This document shows positions 19,471 to 29,504 of a stretch of DNA of 64,000 nucleotides, piece after piece (the first letter of the stretch is position 1; each line of letters starts with the position of its first letter). The position numbers and the translations under genes are program-made. The notes under the pieces were generated by a model. That model searched no databases, was not told where the DNA came from, and saw nothing but the letters and a program-made list of their open reading frames with translations. The stretch lies in sequence record SRR22947727_447; one strand, 5' to 3'.

Positions 19471-20181
19471 ATGGTTGTTAAAAGCCAATTGAAACTTATC
19501 AAAAGCCTGCATCAAAAAAAGAATCGCACACAGCACGGCCTTTTTATTGTGGAGGGAGAAAAAGGTATTGCAGACGCACTAGCCAATGGACTAGCGCCCT
19601 ATTTATTATTGTCCTCTCAAGCACAATCAACTGCAAATTCCTTTGAGAAAATCTCTGATATAGCCTTGTCTCAAATCAGTGCTTTAAAAAATCCCAACGG
19701 ACACTTAGGGGTTTTTAGAATACCAAAACAAGGGAAATTAAATTTTAAAGATTGGGTCGTGGTTTTAGATGGTCTTCAAGACCCAGGTAATTTAGGGACC
19801 ATCATAAGACTCTGTGATTGGTTTGGCATAAAGCAAATACTGTGCAGTCCAGATACAGTAGATGTGTATAATCCCAAAGCAGTTCAAGCTAGTATGGGAT
19901 CTTTATCTAGGATTTCTGTGTATTACGAGTCCATTATTCCCCATATTCAAGGACTAAATATTCCTATTTATGGGACTTTTATGGAGGGTACACCCATTCA
20001 AAAAATAGCCTTTAAAACACCAGGAATTATTATTTTGGGAAATGAAGGCAATGGAATTTCAGCAGCTTTGAGTGAATTTGTAACTGAAAAAATAGCGATT
20101 TTCTCCCATCCTGCTTCCCAAGCAGAAAGCCTTAATGTGGCCAACGCAGCGGCAATTGTTTTTTATGAAATGAGGCGATAG
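19471..20181 (+). CDS. TrmH/SpoU family RNA methyltransferase
   Basis: LF.VEG, LQDPGNLGTIIR..DWFG, GNEGNGI, ESLNVA.A. Confidence 0.92.
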   Translation: MVVKSQLKLIKSLHQKKNRTQHGLFIVEGEKGIADALANGLAPYLLLSSQAQSTANSFEKISDIALSQISALKNPNGHLGVFRIPKQGKLNFKDWVVVLDGLQDPGNLGTIIRLCDWFGIKQILCSPDTVDVYNPKAVQASMGSLSRISVYYESIIPHIQGLNIPIYGTFMEGTPIQKIAFKTPGIIILGNEGNGISAALSEFVTEKIAIFSHPASQAESLNVANAAAIVFYEMRR

Positions 20182-20910
20182 TTATTCAAAAGTAAGTACT
20201 AAAAACACTCCTCTGGATCGCATTTTATGAATGTTCCCTGTCCAGGGTCTATTTGGTTCAGCGTCTCTTATTGCGTCGTCTGTGAGGGAAAAAACACCAC
20301 GAATGGAAGGCGTGAATTTAAAATAGGACAAATACAAATCTATCCCAACACCAATCTGGTAACCATAGTTCCATTTTTGAATTTTAAAAGTCCCACTCTG
20401 ATTGTCGTCTATGCTATTTTCATTGCTACTTAAATTGATTGCGGCATATGGGCCTCCTACAATAAATGGCCGCCAATTTCCAATTCTGTTGGCACTAAAC
20501 TTCAAAAGCAAGGGGAGATTAATATAGGTGGATTTTATTTCTCGGATACTGTATTTTTCAGATATTAGGCTTTGGCTTTTAAATTCAAGGGTGGTTTTCC
20601 CACTGTAAAAACCAGGTTCTAACCTTAGGTCTAAAAGTTCGTTAATGCGCATTTCACCTATTAATCCTACATTAAATCCAGTACTTTTTTGCACTAAAAT
20701 TTCAGTAGGGCTTAAGGATGGGTTGGCGTCATAGCTAGGGTTTATATAAGAAATTTGATAGTCAAATTGGTTTAAACCCACAAAATAGCCCCAGTTTAAA
20801 GGAAGTTTGTCGTCATTGGGTATATTGAGTACTGCGTCTTCATTAAATTGTCCCCAAGCAAAACAGAAGTTTAACAAAAGTGCACCTAATAAAATTACAT
20901 AATGCCTCAT
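20182..20910 (-). CDS. porT: T9SS outer membrane beta-barrel PorT/SprT
   Basis: Signal peptide, GFNVGLIG.MRI...DLRLEPG, YFKFTPSIRGVF, ends LTFE; next to menG as is usual in Flavobacteria. Confidence 0.85.
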   Translation of the reverse strand: MRHYVILLGALLLNFCFAWGQFNEDAVLNIPNDDKLPLNWGYFVGLNQFDYQISYINPSYDANPSLSPTEILVQKSTGFNVGLIGEMRINELLDLRLEPGFYSGKTTLEFKSQSLISEKYSIREIKSTYINLPLLLKFSANRIGNWRPFIVGGPYAAINLSSNENSIDDNQSGTFKIQKWNYGYQIGVGIDLYLSYFKFTPSIRGVFSLTDDAIRDAEPNRPWTGNIHKMRSRGVFLVLTFE

Positions 20911-20924
20911 AAATAAAAGCAGTC

Positions 20925-21653
20925 TTATTTTACTGCTTGGTATATTGTCGCTACGCCAAAAGTTTGTGGATTGTGTACTACTGTAGTAAACCCAATTTCT
21001 TTTAAAATATTGTTGAAGCTTATTCCATAAGGAAATTGTGCTGCAGATTCAGACAAGTAGCTATAAGCGCTTTTGTCTTTAGAAAAAAGCCTTCCTATTA
21101 AGGGCAGTAAATTTTTAGTGTACAGTCCGTATCCTTGTTTAAAGGGTGTTTTTTCGGGTACGGAAGTCTCCAAAATAACTAAGGTTCCTTTTGGCTTTAA
21201 TACCCTAAGAATTTCTGAAAGGCCTAAGGCCAAGTTTTCGAAATTTCGAACACCAAAAGCAACAGTCACAGCGTCTATGCTTCCGGTTTCAAAAGGCAAA
21301 GCCTCTGAGTCTCCAATGATCATGTCAATTTTGTGGCTTAGATTTTTTTGAGCAACTTTTTCTATACCTACAGACAGCATGCCTGGGGAAAGGTCTAATC
21401 CAATAATCTTTTCGGCTCTGGTCTCAGCCAAGTGAATGGCTAAGTCTCCGGTTCCTGTAGCTATGTCAAGTACATTTTTTGGGTTTGTAGCTTCAATAAG
21501 TGCCACTACTTTTTTTCTCCATGAAATATCAATCCCAAAAGAGATTACCCTGTTTAGGGCATCGTAGTTTTGCGCAATACCATTAAACATATTACGTACT
21601 TGTGTCTTCTTTCCTTCTTCGCTATGTCGATACGGTTTTACTGGAGTAGCCAT
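20925..21653 (-). CDS. ubiE: Demethylmenaquinone methyltransferase (UbiE/MenG)
   Basis: [33 protein letters not shown]. Confidence 0.95.
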   Translation of the reverse strand: MATPVKPYRHSEEGKKTQVRNMFNGIAQNYDALNRVISFGIDISWRKKVVALIEATNPKNVLDIATGTGDLAIHLAETRAEKIIGLDLSPGMLSVGIEKVAQKNLSHKIDMIIGDSEALPFETGSIDAVTVAFGVRNFENLALGLSEILRVLKPKGTLVILETSVPEKTPFKQGYGLYTKNLLPLIGRLFSKDKSAYSYLSESAAQFPYGISFNNILKEIGFTTVVHNPQTFGVATIYQAVK

Positions 21654-21664
21654 GCTTTTTTTTA

Positions 21665-21672
21665 CAAAGATA
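21665..21672 (-). promoter_or_regulatory. Bacteroidota -7 element (TATCTTTG) for ubiE-porT
   Basis: Exact TAnnTTTG match 11 nt from the start. Confidence 0.55.
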
Positions 21673-21725
21673 GCTTTTACACGGCTTTATAAAAGCACAA
21701 TTGGGGTCAGTATCATATAATTGTG

Positions 21726-21733
21726 TAATTTTG
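21726..21733 (+). promoter_or_regulatory. Bacteroidota -7 element (TAATTTTG) for trkAH
   Basis: Exact TAnnTTTG match, divergent from the ubiE promoter. Confidence 0.6.
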
Positions 21734-21804
21734 CCCTATAAAACCTAATTCAACATGCTTTATTAGGTTTGTAACAAGCATATGCTTAACATCTTACACT
21801 ACAC

Positions 21805-23154
21805 ATGAAGATTATTATTGCAGGCGCTGGAGAGGTGGGTTTTCACCTCGCTAAATTACTTTCTTACGAGTCTCAAGATATTACCCTAATTGATTCTGAC
21901 AAAGAGAGTTTGTCCTACGCAGACAACCACCTAGATATTAGGGTGTTAAAAGGAGATGCCACCTCGATTGGTATTTTAGAAGAAGCCCGTGTGGCCCAAT
22001 CAGACCTTGTAATTGGAGTGACTTCTTCAGAGACCACCAATCTTACGCTCTGTATCTTGGCAAAGCAATTGGGTTGTAAGAGGACAATTGCTAGGATTTC
22101 TAATACGGAATTTATAGAAAATAAGGAGCGTTTGCGTTTTTCGGACCTAGGCATTGACGAGCTTATTTCCCCTGAAAGACTCGCCGCTACAGAAATACAA
22201 TTATTGATCAATCAATCTGCCTTTAATGATACCTACGAATTTGAGGAAGGTAAATTAATTATGGTTGGTATTTGCCTTCCCCCTGGGGCTCCTTTTGTAG
22301 GCAAAACGGTAAAAGATGCTGCAGAAACATTTTCTGAGGTCCATTTTATGCCTATTGCTATTAAAAGGTCTGGTACACAATTCACTATTATTCCAAGAGG
22401 AGATAGTGTTTTTCAGGCAGAAGACCAGGTGTATTTTATCACTTCTAAGGAAGGGGTAGAGGAGTTGTATAAAATGACAGGTACCGTTAAAAAAGACATT
22501 AAAAATGTCATGATTCTCGGTGGTTCAAAAGTAGGTCAAAAAACAGCAAGAGATTTATGCAGTAGAAAGTTCAATGTTAAACTCATTGAAAAAGACAAAC
22601 AAAAAGCGACCGAATTAGCAGAACAACTCCCCAATGCATTAGTCATTAATGGAGATGGTCGTAATGTGGAATTACTAGAGGAAGAAAGTTTGTCTGCAAT
22701 GGACGCTTTCATTGCTGTGACAGGAAATTCAGAAACAAATATTATGTCTTGTCTGGTAGCCAAATCCAAAGACATTAAAAAGACTATTGCCCTAGTAGAG
22801 AATATGGATTATTTTCAGTTGTCTCATTCCATTGGAATAGATACTTTGATCAATAAAAAACTTTTGGCCGCCAATAACATCTTCAGATATATCAGAAAGG
22901 GAGATGTGGTAGCCATGACGCGACTCAACAATTTAAATGCTGAAATTTTGGAATTTATTGTCAAACCAAATTCTGCGGTAAGTGGAAAACTGATTCGGGA
23001 AATTGATTTTCCCAGACTCGCTACCATAGGAGGTGTCATTAGAGATGGCGAAGGTGTTATAGCATTGGGTTCCTTTAAAATTACGGAGGGGGACCGAGTG
23101 GTGGTTTGTTGTTTGCCAAGCGCTATACCCAAAATTGAAAAGCTCTTTTTATAA
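21805..23154 (+). CDS. trkA: Trk system potassium uptake gating subunit
   Basis: Two RCK (TrkA-N/TrkA-C) units: IIIAGAGEVG and MILGGSKVG. Confidence 0.96.
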   Translation: MKIIIAGAGEVGFHLAKLLSYESQDITLIDSDKESLSYADNHLDIRVLKGDATSIGILEEARVAQSDLVIGVTSSETTNLTLCILAKQLGCKRTIARISNTEFIENKERLRFSDLGIDELISPERLAATEIQLLINQSAFNDTYEFEEGKLIMVGICLPPGAPFVGKTVKDAAETFSEVHFMPIAIKRSGTQFTIIPRGDSVFQAEDQVYFITSKEGVEELYKMTGTVKKDIKNVMILGGSKVGQKTARDLCSRKFNVKLIEKDKQKATELAEQLPNALVINGDGRNVELLEEESLSAMDAFIAVTGNSETNIMSCLVAKSKDIKKTIALVENMDYFQLSHSIGIDTLINKKLLAANNIFRYIRKGDVVAMTRLNNLNAEILEFIVKPNSAVSGKLIREIDFPRLATIGGVIRDGEGVIALGSFKITEGDRVVVCCLPSAIPKIEKLFL

Positions 23155-24645
23155 ATGCGCTTAAACGGAAAGATTATCATGCACCTAATGGGCTTGCTGT
23201 TGCTTTGCAACGGGGCTTTTATGTTGGTGGCTGCTTTGGTGAGTGGTCTTTATAAAGACGGTGTCACTATAGAAATCACAATGGCGGCTATTGTCACTAT
23301 GCTTGTGGGTCTTGTCGCTATGTTTTTCACAAGAGACCATAAAAAAGAAGTAAAACCCAAAGAGGGGTATATCATTGTTACTTTTGGTTGGTTGGTTATG
23401 TCTGCATCTGGGATGTTACCCTATTTGTTCACAGGAGCTATTCCTGATATAACCAATGCTTTTTTCGAAACTATTTCAGGTTACACCACCACAGGAGCCA
23501 GTATTTTAAATGATATAGAATCCCTTCCGAAAGGTCTTTTGTTTTGGCGTAGTCTCACCCATTGGATAGGTGGTATGGGTATTATTGTTTTGGCTATTGC
23601 TATTTTGCCTTTGTTAGGCATTGGAGGAATGCAATTGTTTGCTGCTGAAGCGCCAGGCCCAAGTGCAGACAAATTACATCCTAGGATAACAGATACAGCC
23701 AAACGCTTATGGCTTATTTATGTAGGCTATACCCTAGCAGAAACCCTTTTGTTGAAATTGGCGGGGATGGGCTTTTTTGACGCAATGAACCATGCCATGG
23801 CTACATTGTCTACAGGGGGATTTTCCACTAAAAACAGTAGTTTGGCTTATTGGAATGACCAACCGCTCATTCAATATATAGTCATTTTATTTATGTTTTT
23901 AGCAGGTTCTAATTTTGTGCTGAGTTATTTCGCTTTTAAAGGGAAAATCCAAAAGGTGCTAAAAGACGAGGAATTTAAGTTTTATACAGGTTTTATAATA
24001 TCTTTTAGTATAGTGGCTGCATTGGTCATTTACTTCCAGGCACAGCCTCAAGTTTCAGCATCATTGCCCATGGTTTTTGGTTACGGAGAAAGTGCTATTA
24101 GACATGCATTATTTCAAGTATTGGCTGTAGTGACTACCACTGGATTTGTAACGGCAGATTTTACGGGCTGGACCCCATTTTTAACTATATTCTTTTTTGG
24201 GTTAATGTTCTTGGGTGGTTCTGCAGGATCTACTGCTGGAGGTATAAAGGTCATGCGTCACCTACTGATTATAAAAAATGGATTGTTGGAATTCAAACGA
24301 ACATTGCACAGCAATGCCATTATTCCAGTACGCTATAACAACAAAACAGTTGCAGAGAGTATTGTCTATAATATCATTGGTTTTTTTGTGCTCTATATGT
24401 TGTTATTTATCATTGGTGCACTTGTATTGGCATTTATGGGATTAGATTTTGAATCTGCCATTGGAGGTGCAGCTACCTCACTAGGTAATGTAGGACCTGG
24501 GCTAGGTTCATTAAACCCACTGTCTAATTTTAATGACCTACCTGCGCTAGGTAAATGGTGGTGCGGGTTTTTAATGTTGTTGGGTAGGCTAGAACTGTTT
24601 ACAGTACTGATACTCTTTTCACCTTATTTCTGGAGAAAAATATGA
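23155..24645 (+). CDS. trkH: Trk system potassium uptake membrane subunit
   Basis: Selectivity loops SGYTTTGAS, STGGFS, TTTGF and LGNVGPG; GSTAGGIK; GRLE. Confidence 0.96.
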   Translation: MRLNGKIIMHLMGLLLLCNGAFMLVAALVSGLYKDGVTIEITMAAIVTMLVGLVAMFFTRDHKKEVKPKEGYIIVTFGWLVMSASGMLPYLFTGAIPDITNAFFETISGYTTTGASILNDIESLPKGLLFWRSLTHWIGGMGIIVLAIAILPLLGIGGMQLFAAEAPGPSADKLHPRITDTAKRLWLIYVGYTLAETLLLKLAGMGFFDAMNHAMATLSTGGFSTKNSSLAYWNDQPLIQYIVILFMFLAGSNFVLSYFAFKGKIQKVLKDEEFKFYTGFIISFSIVAALVIYFQAQPQVSASLPMVFGYGESAIRHALFQVLAVVTTTGFVTADFTGWTPFLTIFFFGLMFLGGSAGSTAGGIKVMRHLLIIKNGLLEFKRTLHSNAIIPVRYNNKTVAESIVYNIIGFFVLYMLLFIIGALVLAFMGLDFESAIGGAATSLGNVGPGLGSLNPLSNFNDLPALGKWWCGFLMLLGRLELFTVLILFSPYFWRKI

Positions 24646-24696
24646 GTTTATTGTCTCTTCAGTTCTGGAGGTAATAGGGACATAAAGTATTAAAAC

Positions 24697-24729
24697 AAAA
24701 AATCGGGCTTCCTAAAGGAAGCCCGATTT
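24697..24729 (-). terminator. Intrinsic terminator of the aminotransferase gene (possibly bidirectional with trkH)
   Basis: AAATCGGGCTTCCT-AA-AGGAAGCCCGATTT with T-tract on the minus strand. Confidence 0.85.
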
Positions 24730-24751
24730 AGTTTGTAAAAGATATTTTTAA

Positions 24752-25945
24752 TTAAGCGCTAACCGCTTTTTTAATTCTTGCCATAGCTTCTCCAAGTGCT
24801 TCTTCGGAGGCAGCATAGGAAATTCTTATACAGTTTGGATTTCCAAAAGCTGCACCAGTTACAGTAGCTACTAAAGCTTCTTCTAGTAAGAAGATGGCAA
24901 AGTCAGAAGCATCTTTTATTAAAGTGCCTTTAAGTGTTTTGCCAAAAAACTCACTTACATCTGGAAATACATAGAAAGCCCCTTCAGGAATATTTAGTCT
25001 AAATCCTGGAATCTCTCCCAATAGTTCAAGCACCAAATCCCTTCTTTGATGGAAAGCTTCAATCATATGAGAAATGCTACTTACAGGCGCTTTAAGTGCG
25101 GCTATAGTAGCTCTTTGTGCTATGGAATTAGCGCCAGAAGTGTTCTGTCCTTGAAACTTTGTACACGCCTTTGCAATCCATTCTGGAGCACCTATATAAC
25201 CAATACGCCAGCCGGTCATAGCAAATGCTTTTGATACCCCATTAACAGTAATAGTTCTATCATACATTCCTGGAATTCCAGCAATGCTCACATGCCCTCC
25301 TACGAAATTAATGTGTTCGTAAATTTCATCTGAGATAATAAATATATTTGGGTATTTGGCCAATACTTCTGCCAACGCACTCAATTCTTCTTTGCTGTAA
25401 ACAGATCCACTTGGGTTACAAGGAGAACTAAACCAAATCATTTTAGTTTTTGGCGTAATGGCTTGCTCTAATTGAGCCGCAGTCATTTTAAAATCGTTGT
25501 CAATACTTGTAGAAACTTCAACAGGTACCCCTTCTGCCAGTTTAACAATATCACTGTAACTTACCCAATAAGGTGCAGGTAAAATAACCTCATCTCCGTG
25601 ATTGAGCATGACCATAGCGATATTTGCAAGAGATTGTTTGGCACCAGTAGACACCACAATCTGACTTGGTTTGTAGTCCAATTGGTTGTCTCTTGAAAAT
25701 TTCTCCGCAATGGCTTCTTTTAAATCTAGGTATCCATCTACTGGAGAGTAACTAGAATAATTGTCATCTACGGCTTGCTTAGCGGCGTCTTTAATGAAGT
25801 CAGGAATATTAAAATCAGGTTCACCTAGGCTAAGTCCTATAATGTCTTTTCCAGCCGTTTTTAATTCTCTTGCTTTGGCTGCCATTGCTAAAGTTGCAGA
25901 GGTGGCCATTCCGTTAATTCTGTCAGATAAATGTTGCGTACTCAT
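24752..25945 (-). CDS. PLP-dependent class I/II aminotransferase (aspartate aminotransferase-like)
   Basis: GEPDF, GAKQ, PYWVSY, NPSG, SDEIYE, SKAFAMTGWRIG. Confidence 0.93.
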   Translation of the reverse strand: MSTQHLSDRINGMATSATLAMAAKARELKTAGKDIIGLSLGEPDFNIPDFIKDAAKQAVDDNYSSYSPVDGYLDLKEAIAEKFSRDNQLDYKPSQIVVSTGAKQSLANIAMVMLNHGDEVILPAPYWVSYSDIVKLAEGVPVEVSTSIDNDFKMTAAQLEQAITPKTKMIWFSSPCNPSGSVYSKEELSALAEVLAKYPNIFIISDEIYEHINFVGGHVSIAGIPGMYDRTITVNGVSKAFAMTGWRIGYIGAPEWIAKACTKFQGQNTSGANSIAQRATIAALKAPVSSISHMIEAFHQRRDLVLELLGEIPGFRLNIPEGAFYVFPDVSEFFGKTLKGTLIKDASDFAIFLLEEALVATVTGAAFGNPNCIRISYAASEEALGEAMARIKKAVSA

Positions 25946-25950
25946 ATTAC

Positions 25951-27051
25951 TTAATATTGTAGACTTGGTTTTTGGCCTAAGGTCTTTAAATGTTTGAAAT
26001 GCGAAATTATGGCTTTTCTTGTTGTTTTGTACTCATGATAGGGCAATTGAAACTCTTTTGCCGTTTCTTTCACAATTTTGGCAATTTTTGTGTAATGTAC
26101 GTGACTGATATTTGGAAATATATGATGCTCAACCTGATGGTTTAGCCCTCCAGTAAACCAATTGATGATCCTATTTTTAGTGCCAAAATTTACTGTAGTG
26201 AACAACTGGTGAATGGCCCAAGTATTTTTCATATCTCCTTGCTCGTTCGGAACAGGGGTGTCTGCATGGTCAATTATATGAGCCAATTGAAATACGACAC
26301 TCAGTATTAACCCCGCTACATAATGCATAACAAAAAATCCAATAAGGATTTTATACCAGGCCACTTCTAAAAAAATCATAGGAATGGCAATCCAGATAGT
26401 GACGTAAATTATTTTAGTAATTAAAAGTTTGGTCCAATTAAGTACTGGGTTAGGAAGCTTACCATAAGATAGTTTCCTTTTGGTGTAACGATACATCTGT
26501 TGGAAGTCGGTAGTAATAGCCCAGTTAAAGGTCAATAATCCGTAAAGCAATACAGAGTATAAATGTTGAAATTTATGGTACTTTTTCCAATCTGCATGTT
26601 TTGAAAAACGCAGTATTCTTCCTGCGTCTAAGTCTTCATCATGTTCTGGAATATTGGTGTAAGTGTGGTGAAGTACATTGTGTTGTACCTGCCAATTGTA
26701 TACATTTCCAGCGAGTATGTATATACTACTCCCCATGAGTTTATTAACCCATTTTTTATTGGAGTAGGCACCGTGATTCCCGTCGTGCATGACATTCATT
26801 CCCACTCCAGCCATTCCAACACCCATCACCACGGTCAATAAAAAATTAGCCCAATTGGGTAAGTTTAGCGTGAGGATTAAAAAATATGGGGCCAGAAAAA
26901 GGGTAAACATAACTAGGGTCTTTAGGTGTAGTGCCCAATTCCCTGTTTTTTGTATGTTATTTTCTTTAAAGTAGCTATTGACTCTTTGGTTCAGTGTTTT
27001 AAAGAACTGGGCCGGGTCTTTTCTTGAGAATTTAACTTGGGGCTTTTTCAT
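25951..27051 (-). CDS. Membrane fatty acid (acyl-CoA) desaturase
   Basis: Three His boxes: HDGNH, HNVLHH, QVEHHIFP. Confidence 0.93.
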   Translation of the reverse strand: MKKPQVKFSRKDPAQFFKTLNQRVNSYFKENNIQKTGNWALHLKTLVMFTLFLAPYFLILTLNLPNWANFLLTVVMGVGMAGVGMNVMHDGNHGAYSNKKWVNKLMGSSIYILAGNVYNWQVQHNVLHHTYTNIPEHDEDLDAGRILRFSKHADWKKYHKFQHLYSVLLYGLLTFNWAITTDFQQMYRYTKRKLSYGKLPNPVLNWTKLLITKIIYVTIWIAIPMIFLEVAWYKILIGFFVMHYVAGLILSVVFQLAHIIDHADTPVPNEQGDMKNTWAIHQLFTTVNFGTKNRIINWFTGGLNHQVEHHIFPNISHVHYTKIAKIVKETAKEFQLPYHEYKTTRKAIISHFKHLKTLGQKPSLQY

Positions 27052-27146
27052 AAAAATGTATTAAGTGGTAAATATACGCTAAAGCGAGTGGAAGCTTTTG
27101 CTATAAATCATAAAAAATTGTTGTTTTTTTGCATAAAATAAAGCCC

Positions 27147-27782
27147 ATGGACGCACAGCTAATTTTTAATTATTTTCCAAATTTAACCCAACAGCAACAA
27201 GATCAATTCATAGCTCTAGAAGCCTTGTATCAAGATTGGAACCTAAAAATTAATGTAGTTTCTCGAAAAGATATTGAGGAATTGTATCTAAGGCACGTGC
27301 TTCATTCTCTAGCAATAGCTAAGTTTATTTCATTCAATCCAGGGGCCCAGGTATTAGATGTTGGCACCGGAGGCGGATTCCCAGGCATACCATTGGCTAT
27401 TTTATTTCCAGAAACACAGTTCACTTTAGTAGACGCTATTGGTAAAAAAATCAAAGTTGTACAAGAGGTCGTAGACGGATTGGGATTAGAAAATGTTAGG
27501 GCTATACACCAAAGGGTGGAAGAAGACAACAACCAATATGACTTTGTAGTGAGTAGGGCAGTAGCCGCAATGCCAACTTTTATGAGGTGGATCAAGGGAA
27601 GAATTAAAAAAGTGTCTGAGCATCCTATTAAAAACGGGGTATTGTATTTAAAAGGTGGGGACTTGGGAGAGGAGTTACAAGACTACAGGACGGTTCAAAT
27701 ATATTCTTTGATGGATTATTACAAAGAAGACTTTTTCGAAACCAAAAAGCTGGTGTATCTGCCTCAGAAATTTAAAGGCTAA
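27147..27782 (+). CDS. rsmG: 16S rRNA m7G527 methyltransferase
   Basis: WN.KINVVSR, H.LHSL, DVGTGGGFPGIPLA, SRAVA, LKGG; ATG at 27147 preferred over the TTG at 27129. Confidence 0.95.
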   Translation: MDAQLIFNYFPNLTQQQQDQFIALEALYQDWNLKINVVSRKDIEELYLRHVLHSLAIAKFISFNPGAQVLDVGTGGGFPGIPLAILFPETQFTLVDAIGKKIKVVQEVVDGLGLENVRAIHQRVEEDNNQYDFVVSRAVAAMPTFMRWIKGRIKKVSEHPIKNGVLYLKGGDLGEELQDYRTVQIYSLMDYYKEDFFETKKLVYLPQKFKG

Positions 27783-27784
27783 AT

Positions 27785-28576
27785 ATGAAAAATATAGACC
27801 ATTTGGTGTCGCAAATAAATACCTACAAGCAGCAAATACCCTTGCCAATTAAGCTTAAAAAGGTCGCAGAAAAATTTACAGACCTACTTTTTAATGTTTT
27901 GTTTGACACCCAAACAGATACCTTAGAGGGAATAAATGCTGTGCACGATCACTTTGATCAAATGGTTACTTTGGCTTGTTGGAATCCATTAGCCAATTGC
28001 CAAAGTATTTGCGAAGTTTATCTGTCGGATTTGCCATTTATTTTAGAAAAGCTTCACATGGACGCTAAGGCCATATTGGAGGGAGATCCAGCGTCTCGTA
28101 ACCTTGAAGAAGTTTATTTGTCTTATCCGGGCTTTTATGCAGTGGCAATTTATCGATTGGCACATTCTTTGCACTTTCTTAATTTTCCTTTAGTTCCAAG
28201 ACTCATGACCGAATATGCACATAGTAAAACAGGGATAGATATTCATCCAGGGGCATCTATCGGAGAATCTTTTTGTATTGATCATGGAACTGGGGTGGTC
28301 ATTGGTGAAACAGCTGTCATTAGAAACAAAGTTAAAATTTATCAGGGGGTTACCTTAGGAGCACTTTCAGTAAAGAAGGAAATGGCTAAAATAAAGCGCC
28401 ATCCCACCATAGAAGATCAGGTGACAATTTACGCCAATGCAACCATATTGGGTGGTAAAACTGTCATAGGTAGAAATTCAATTATTGGAGGGAATACATG
28501 GGTAACCGGTTCAATTCCTCCGAACTCCTCTGTTTTTCATACCCCTGAAATTAAAATCAAAGACAATGCAAAATAG
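27785..28576 (+). CDS. cysE: Serine O-acetyltransferase (CysE/EpsC type)
   Basis: GDPAS, YPG..A...YR.AH, GIDIHPGA.IG, IDHGTGVVIGETA, KRHPT. Confidence 0.92.
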   Translation: MKNIDHLVSQINTYKQQIPLPIKLKKVAEKFTDLLFNVLFDTQTDTLEGINAVHDHFDQMVTLACWNPLANCQSICEVYLSDLPFILEKLHMDAKAILEGDPASRNLEEVYLSYPGFYAVAIYRLAHSLHFLNFPLVPRLMTEYAHSKTGIDIHPGASIGESFCIDHGTGVVIGETAVIRNKVKIYQGVTLGALSVKKEMAKIKRHPTIEDQVTIYANATILGGKTVIGRNSIIGGNTWVTGSIPPNSSVFHTPEIKIKDNAK

Positions 28577-29447
28577 GCTTCAGTCACTCGTTGGAAATAC
28601 CCCTTTGGTATTGTCAAGAGTCTTAAATACAAATCCTGAGGTACAACTCCTTTTTAAATTGGAAGGTCAAAATCCCGGAGGTAGTGTAAAAGACAGGGCA
28701 GCCCTTAACATGATTGCCAATGCTTTGGAGCGGGGAGAAATTAACCAGGAGACCCCACTCATTGAGGCGACCAGTGGTAATACCGGCATTGCTTTGGCAA
28801 TGATTGCTGCTATTTATGGCTTAAAAATTGAGTTAGTCATGCCAGAAAACTCAACCATTGAAAGGGTGCAGACTATGAGCGCCTATGGCGCTAAGGTTAC
28901 CCTTACTCCTGAGTCCATTGGAATAGAAGGGGCTAGGGACTATGCAGAAAATAAAGTACTCAATGAGGGGTATTATTCTTTTAATCAATTTTCAAATCCA
29001 GACAATTGGAAAGCCCATTATAAATCTACTGGTCCTGAAATTTGGAGAGATACCGATGGGAAAGTCACCCATTTTGTATCTTCCATGGGGACTACAGGAA
29101 CTATCATGGGTACCTCTACTTATTTAAAGGAGCAAAATAATCAAGTTCAAATTTTCGGGGTGCAGCCACAGGATGGCACACGTATTCCAGGCATTAGAAA
29201 ATGGCCACAAGAATACTTACCAAAAATATATACCCCATCCAAAGTAGACACCATTCTAGAAGTGAATCAAGCAGAAGCTGAGTTGCACACCAGGCTTTTG
29301 GCAAAAAGAGAAGGAGTTTTTGCTGGCATGAGTTCAGGTGGCGCTGTTAGTGCCGCACTAAAAATTTGCCATTCAATAGACAAAGGCGTAGTGGTCGTGA
29401 TTATTTGTGATCGCGGAGACCGATACCTTTCTTCAGGAATTTATTAA
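28566..29447 (+). CDS. cysM: Cysteine synthase B
   Basis: KLEGQNPGGSVKDR, ATSGNTGI, MGTTGTIMG, IPGIRKWP and CDRGDRYLS (CysM-type signatures). Confidence 0.9.
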   Translation: MQNRLQSLVGNTPLVLSRVLNTNPEVQLLFKLEGQNPGGSVKDRAALNMIANALERGEINQETPLIEATSGNTGIALAMIAAIYGLKIELVMPENSTIERVQTMSAYGAKVTLTPESIGIEGARDYAENKVLNEGYYSFNQFSNPDNWKAHYKSTGPEIWRDTDGKVTHFVSSMGTTGTIMGTSTYLKEQNNQVQIFGVQPQDGTRIPGIRKWPQEYLPKIYTPSKVDTILEVNQAEAELHTRLLAKREGVFAGMSSGGAVSAALKICHSIDKGVVVVIICDRGDRYLSSGIY

Positions 29448-29455
29448 AAGGGAAC

Positions 29456-29488
29456 AAAAAAAAGCCTCCTATCGGGAGGCTTTTTTTT
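29456..29488. terminator. Bidirectional intrinsic terminator between cysM and pruA
   Basis: A8-GCCTCC-tatcg-GGAGGC-T8. Confidence 0.9.
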
Positions 29489-29504
29489 AGCATAGTACAA
29501 ACAG

